Of a stretch of 64,000 nt of DNA, positions 62,075 through 64,000 are shown piece after piece. Numbering within the stretch: the stretch's first letter is position 1; the number at the start of each line of letters is the position of its first letter. The notes beneath the pieces were generated by a model. That model searched no databases, was not told the origin of the DNA, and saw only the letters and a list, made by a program, of their open reading frames with translations. The DNA lies in assembly GCF_000711695.1 (NCBI RefSeq), contig NW_013547015.1, forward strand, positions 186,001 to 250,000. The letters run 5' to 3'. A program made the translations under genes and the position numbers. Source of the DNA: Tilletiaria anomala UBC 951 (lineage: Eukaryota).

Positions 62075-63770
62075 ATGCCCACAGGCGATGGAGCTTGGCG
62101 ATCATCAGGGTTGAGGGAACGGCAAAACCCTCCGAACCAGCTCAGCATGCCTGACCGGACCCCCGATGCGGGGCCTTCCCGACTCCCAGAGCGTGCTCAA
62201 CGATCAGTAGCTCCAATGTCAATGTCGAACCCATCCTCTTCTCGTCCATACCATCCGCAGAGCAGGTTCTCGTTTCCATGGGCAGCGCAACCCGAAATCG
62301 TCCGAGCGTACCAAAAGGACGCATACTACCGCGACCTCTTCGTCGACCAGTTCAAGGATGTCGTACGGACCACACTCGGCGTTCGCGTGCTACACGCTAA
62401 CTCGGAAATCATCGCTGTGATCGGTGGTGTTGCATACCTTGCATTATGCGCACTTAATGGAGCGCAGACGCTCGGAGAGGAGTATGTCAATGCCATGATG
62501 GTTGATGGGAAAACTGGGCGAATAGCGAGGGGCAAGGTGAGTAGCTCTGATCTTCCCCTTCAACATGAGCTGTGTATTCACAAGTTCTTTGCACAATCTG
62601 GTTATGCATCTCACAGCGACGAGTCATTTTCATCTTTGCACACGCCCTTCTGCCGTACCTGGTAGCAAAAGCGTACGCCAGCGCACGGCGCTTCGTTGTG
62701 GGTTCTGACCAGGCGAGGCAGCAAGCGCTCGAGCGAGCTCGGTTGCGCGCACGAGCGATGCTATCAGCCTCACAGCGGGGGAATCCGGACGCCGTTCAGA
62801 TCAGACCGGCTGTCACGGATCGCATCATGACATCTATTGCGAAACATCTTCCTGCTCTGGAGAGCTTTACAGCATCCGACAGCTGGCTGGCGTACTTTGG
62901 AGCAGCCCATCTCGCGATCTTCTACCTAGCGGGGAGGTATTACAGCATTGCGCAGCGCCTTTCAGATGTTCGCTATGTGAGTTCTCGACGGGGTTCTTGA
63001 ATCTTTGGCAGTGCCTTCCTGAAAAGCTCAGCTCGCCATCCTTAGATCTCTACAGTCGCACAGCGGCCGAACCAGCGTCCGCCATCTTACGAAGTGCTCG
63101 GCGTACTGCTTGGCATCCAAATCGGTGTCAAAGCCCTGCTCGGTTTGAATCGATATCGGCGAGAACGGAGGAAAGCTCGAGAAGCTGTCACAGCGGCAGC
63201 GCGCGCTGCCGCAGGGCTTGAGGCGGAAAAGGAAGGCGGAGGGGCCAAGGGCAGATCCGCTCGGGAGAAGGAAGTAGTGGTGATCGATGGCGTGCGCTGG
63301 ACGCATCGCAGCTCGCCTGCCGCCCCTGCGGACTCTGATGCAGTAGTAGCATCGCAGGGACCTACAGCGCCACTAGCCTATGCTGATCCAGATGCAGTCA
63401 TCTCCCCCGCGGAACTCGGCCTACCGGCGAGCGCATCGCGCCAGGACATTGAGACTGCGCGCGCGGCGGCAAAGGCGCGTGCGATTGAGCTCGAGGGGAT
63501 CGCGCAGACTGTACTAAAGTGCACGCTTTGCATGGAGCAGCGTACGCCCGAGAATGGCAGCAGCGCCGTCACGGAATGCGGGCACATCTTTTGCTGGGAC
63601 TGCCTCAGTGGCTGGGCACGTGAAAAGGTGTGTACAGTCTACTCCGTTCTTGCAGACACACGCCCAGAAAGAGAATGCTGACTGTGCTCTCGATTGCGCG
63701 CAAGCCTGAATGTCCACTGTGCAGGCAGTCAATAAGTCTTCATCGTTTGCTTCCTATATACAACTTTTGA
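62075..63770 (+). CDS. PEX10: Peroxin Pex10 (RING)
   Basis: FPWAAQPEIVRAYQKDAYY, QTLGEEY, HLAIFYLAGRYYSIAQRL, PSYEVLG and RING CTLCME...TECGHIFCWDC...PECPLCRQ. Three introns; the start may instead be 62146. Confidence 0.93.
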
Positions 63771-64000
63771 CACAGGCATTATGTTCCAAAGCTTCTCCAT
63801 TTGCATGCATTAACCCTTGCCACGGACGAGCTAAGTGGTTCATCTTTTAGGGTCGAATCCGGTCGATGACGACGCATCAATGCGAACGAATGTGCGGGAA
63901 AGAACCCCCAGCAAGCAGGCACATCACCTGTCACATGACCGGCTTATCCCACCCACGAGAACCAACGGTTCCGACAACCAACACACATTACTGTGTATGC

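Noticed and set aside
63825..63870. GGTCGAATCC resembling a tRNA T-arm
   Set aside because: No cloverleaf or acceptor stem could be built.

Overview
Gene-dense, intron-containing fungal nuclear DNA. Introns are short (about 60-130 nt), almost all GT-AG, with CTRAC-type branch points. The gene style suggests a basidiomycete, probably Ustilaginomycotina/smut-like (inference). About 21 protein-coding genes can be reconstructed by splicing the ORF fragments: SLD2 (partial), MDP-1 phosphatase, BSD2, CRM1/exportin-1, a ~2000-aa GM130/Bug1-like coiled-coil protein, MDM20/NAA25, an Mto1/ApsB-like protein, a PHD-finger protein, mitochondrial IF3, MSS51, a Mic12-like protein, a secreted Ser/Ala/Thr-rich Kex2-site protein, GET4, DRE2, SDH6/SDHAF1, a Tctex-1 dynein light chain, hexokinase, a CaMK, UBA3, MAG2/RNF10 and PEX10. 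No rRNA, tRNA, CRISPR array or intact transposon is recognisable. The most notable non-obvious signals are: (1) a ~290-nt nested inverted-repeat, candidate structured ncRNA at 34951-35241; (2) a TGA-CTA readthrough context at the CRM1 stop; (3) a 15-nt microexon followed by a GC-donor intron in Tctex-1; (4) a possible solo LTR just upstream of SDH6; (5) a degenerate CM1 motif in the Mto1-like protein; and (6) a multi-module secreted precursor with a long polybasic segment. All gene calls come from motif recognition by eye; no database searches were run.
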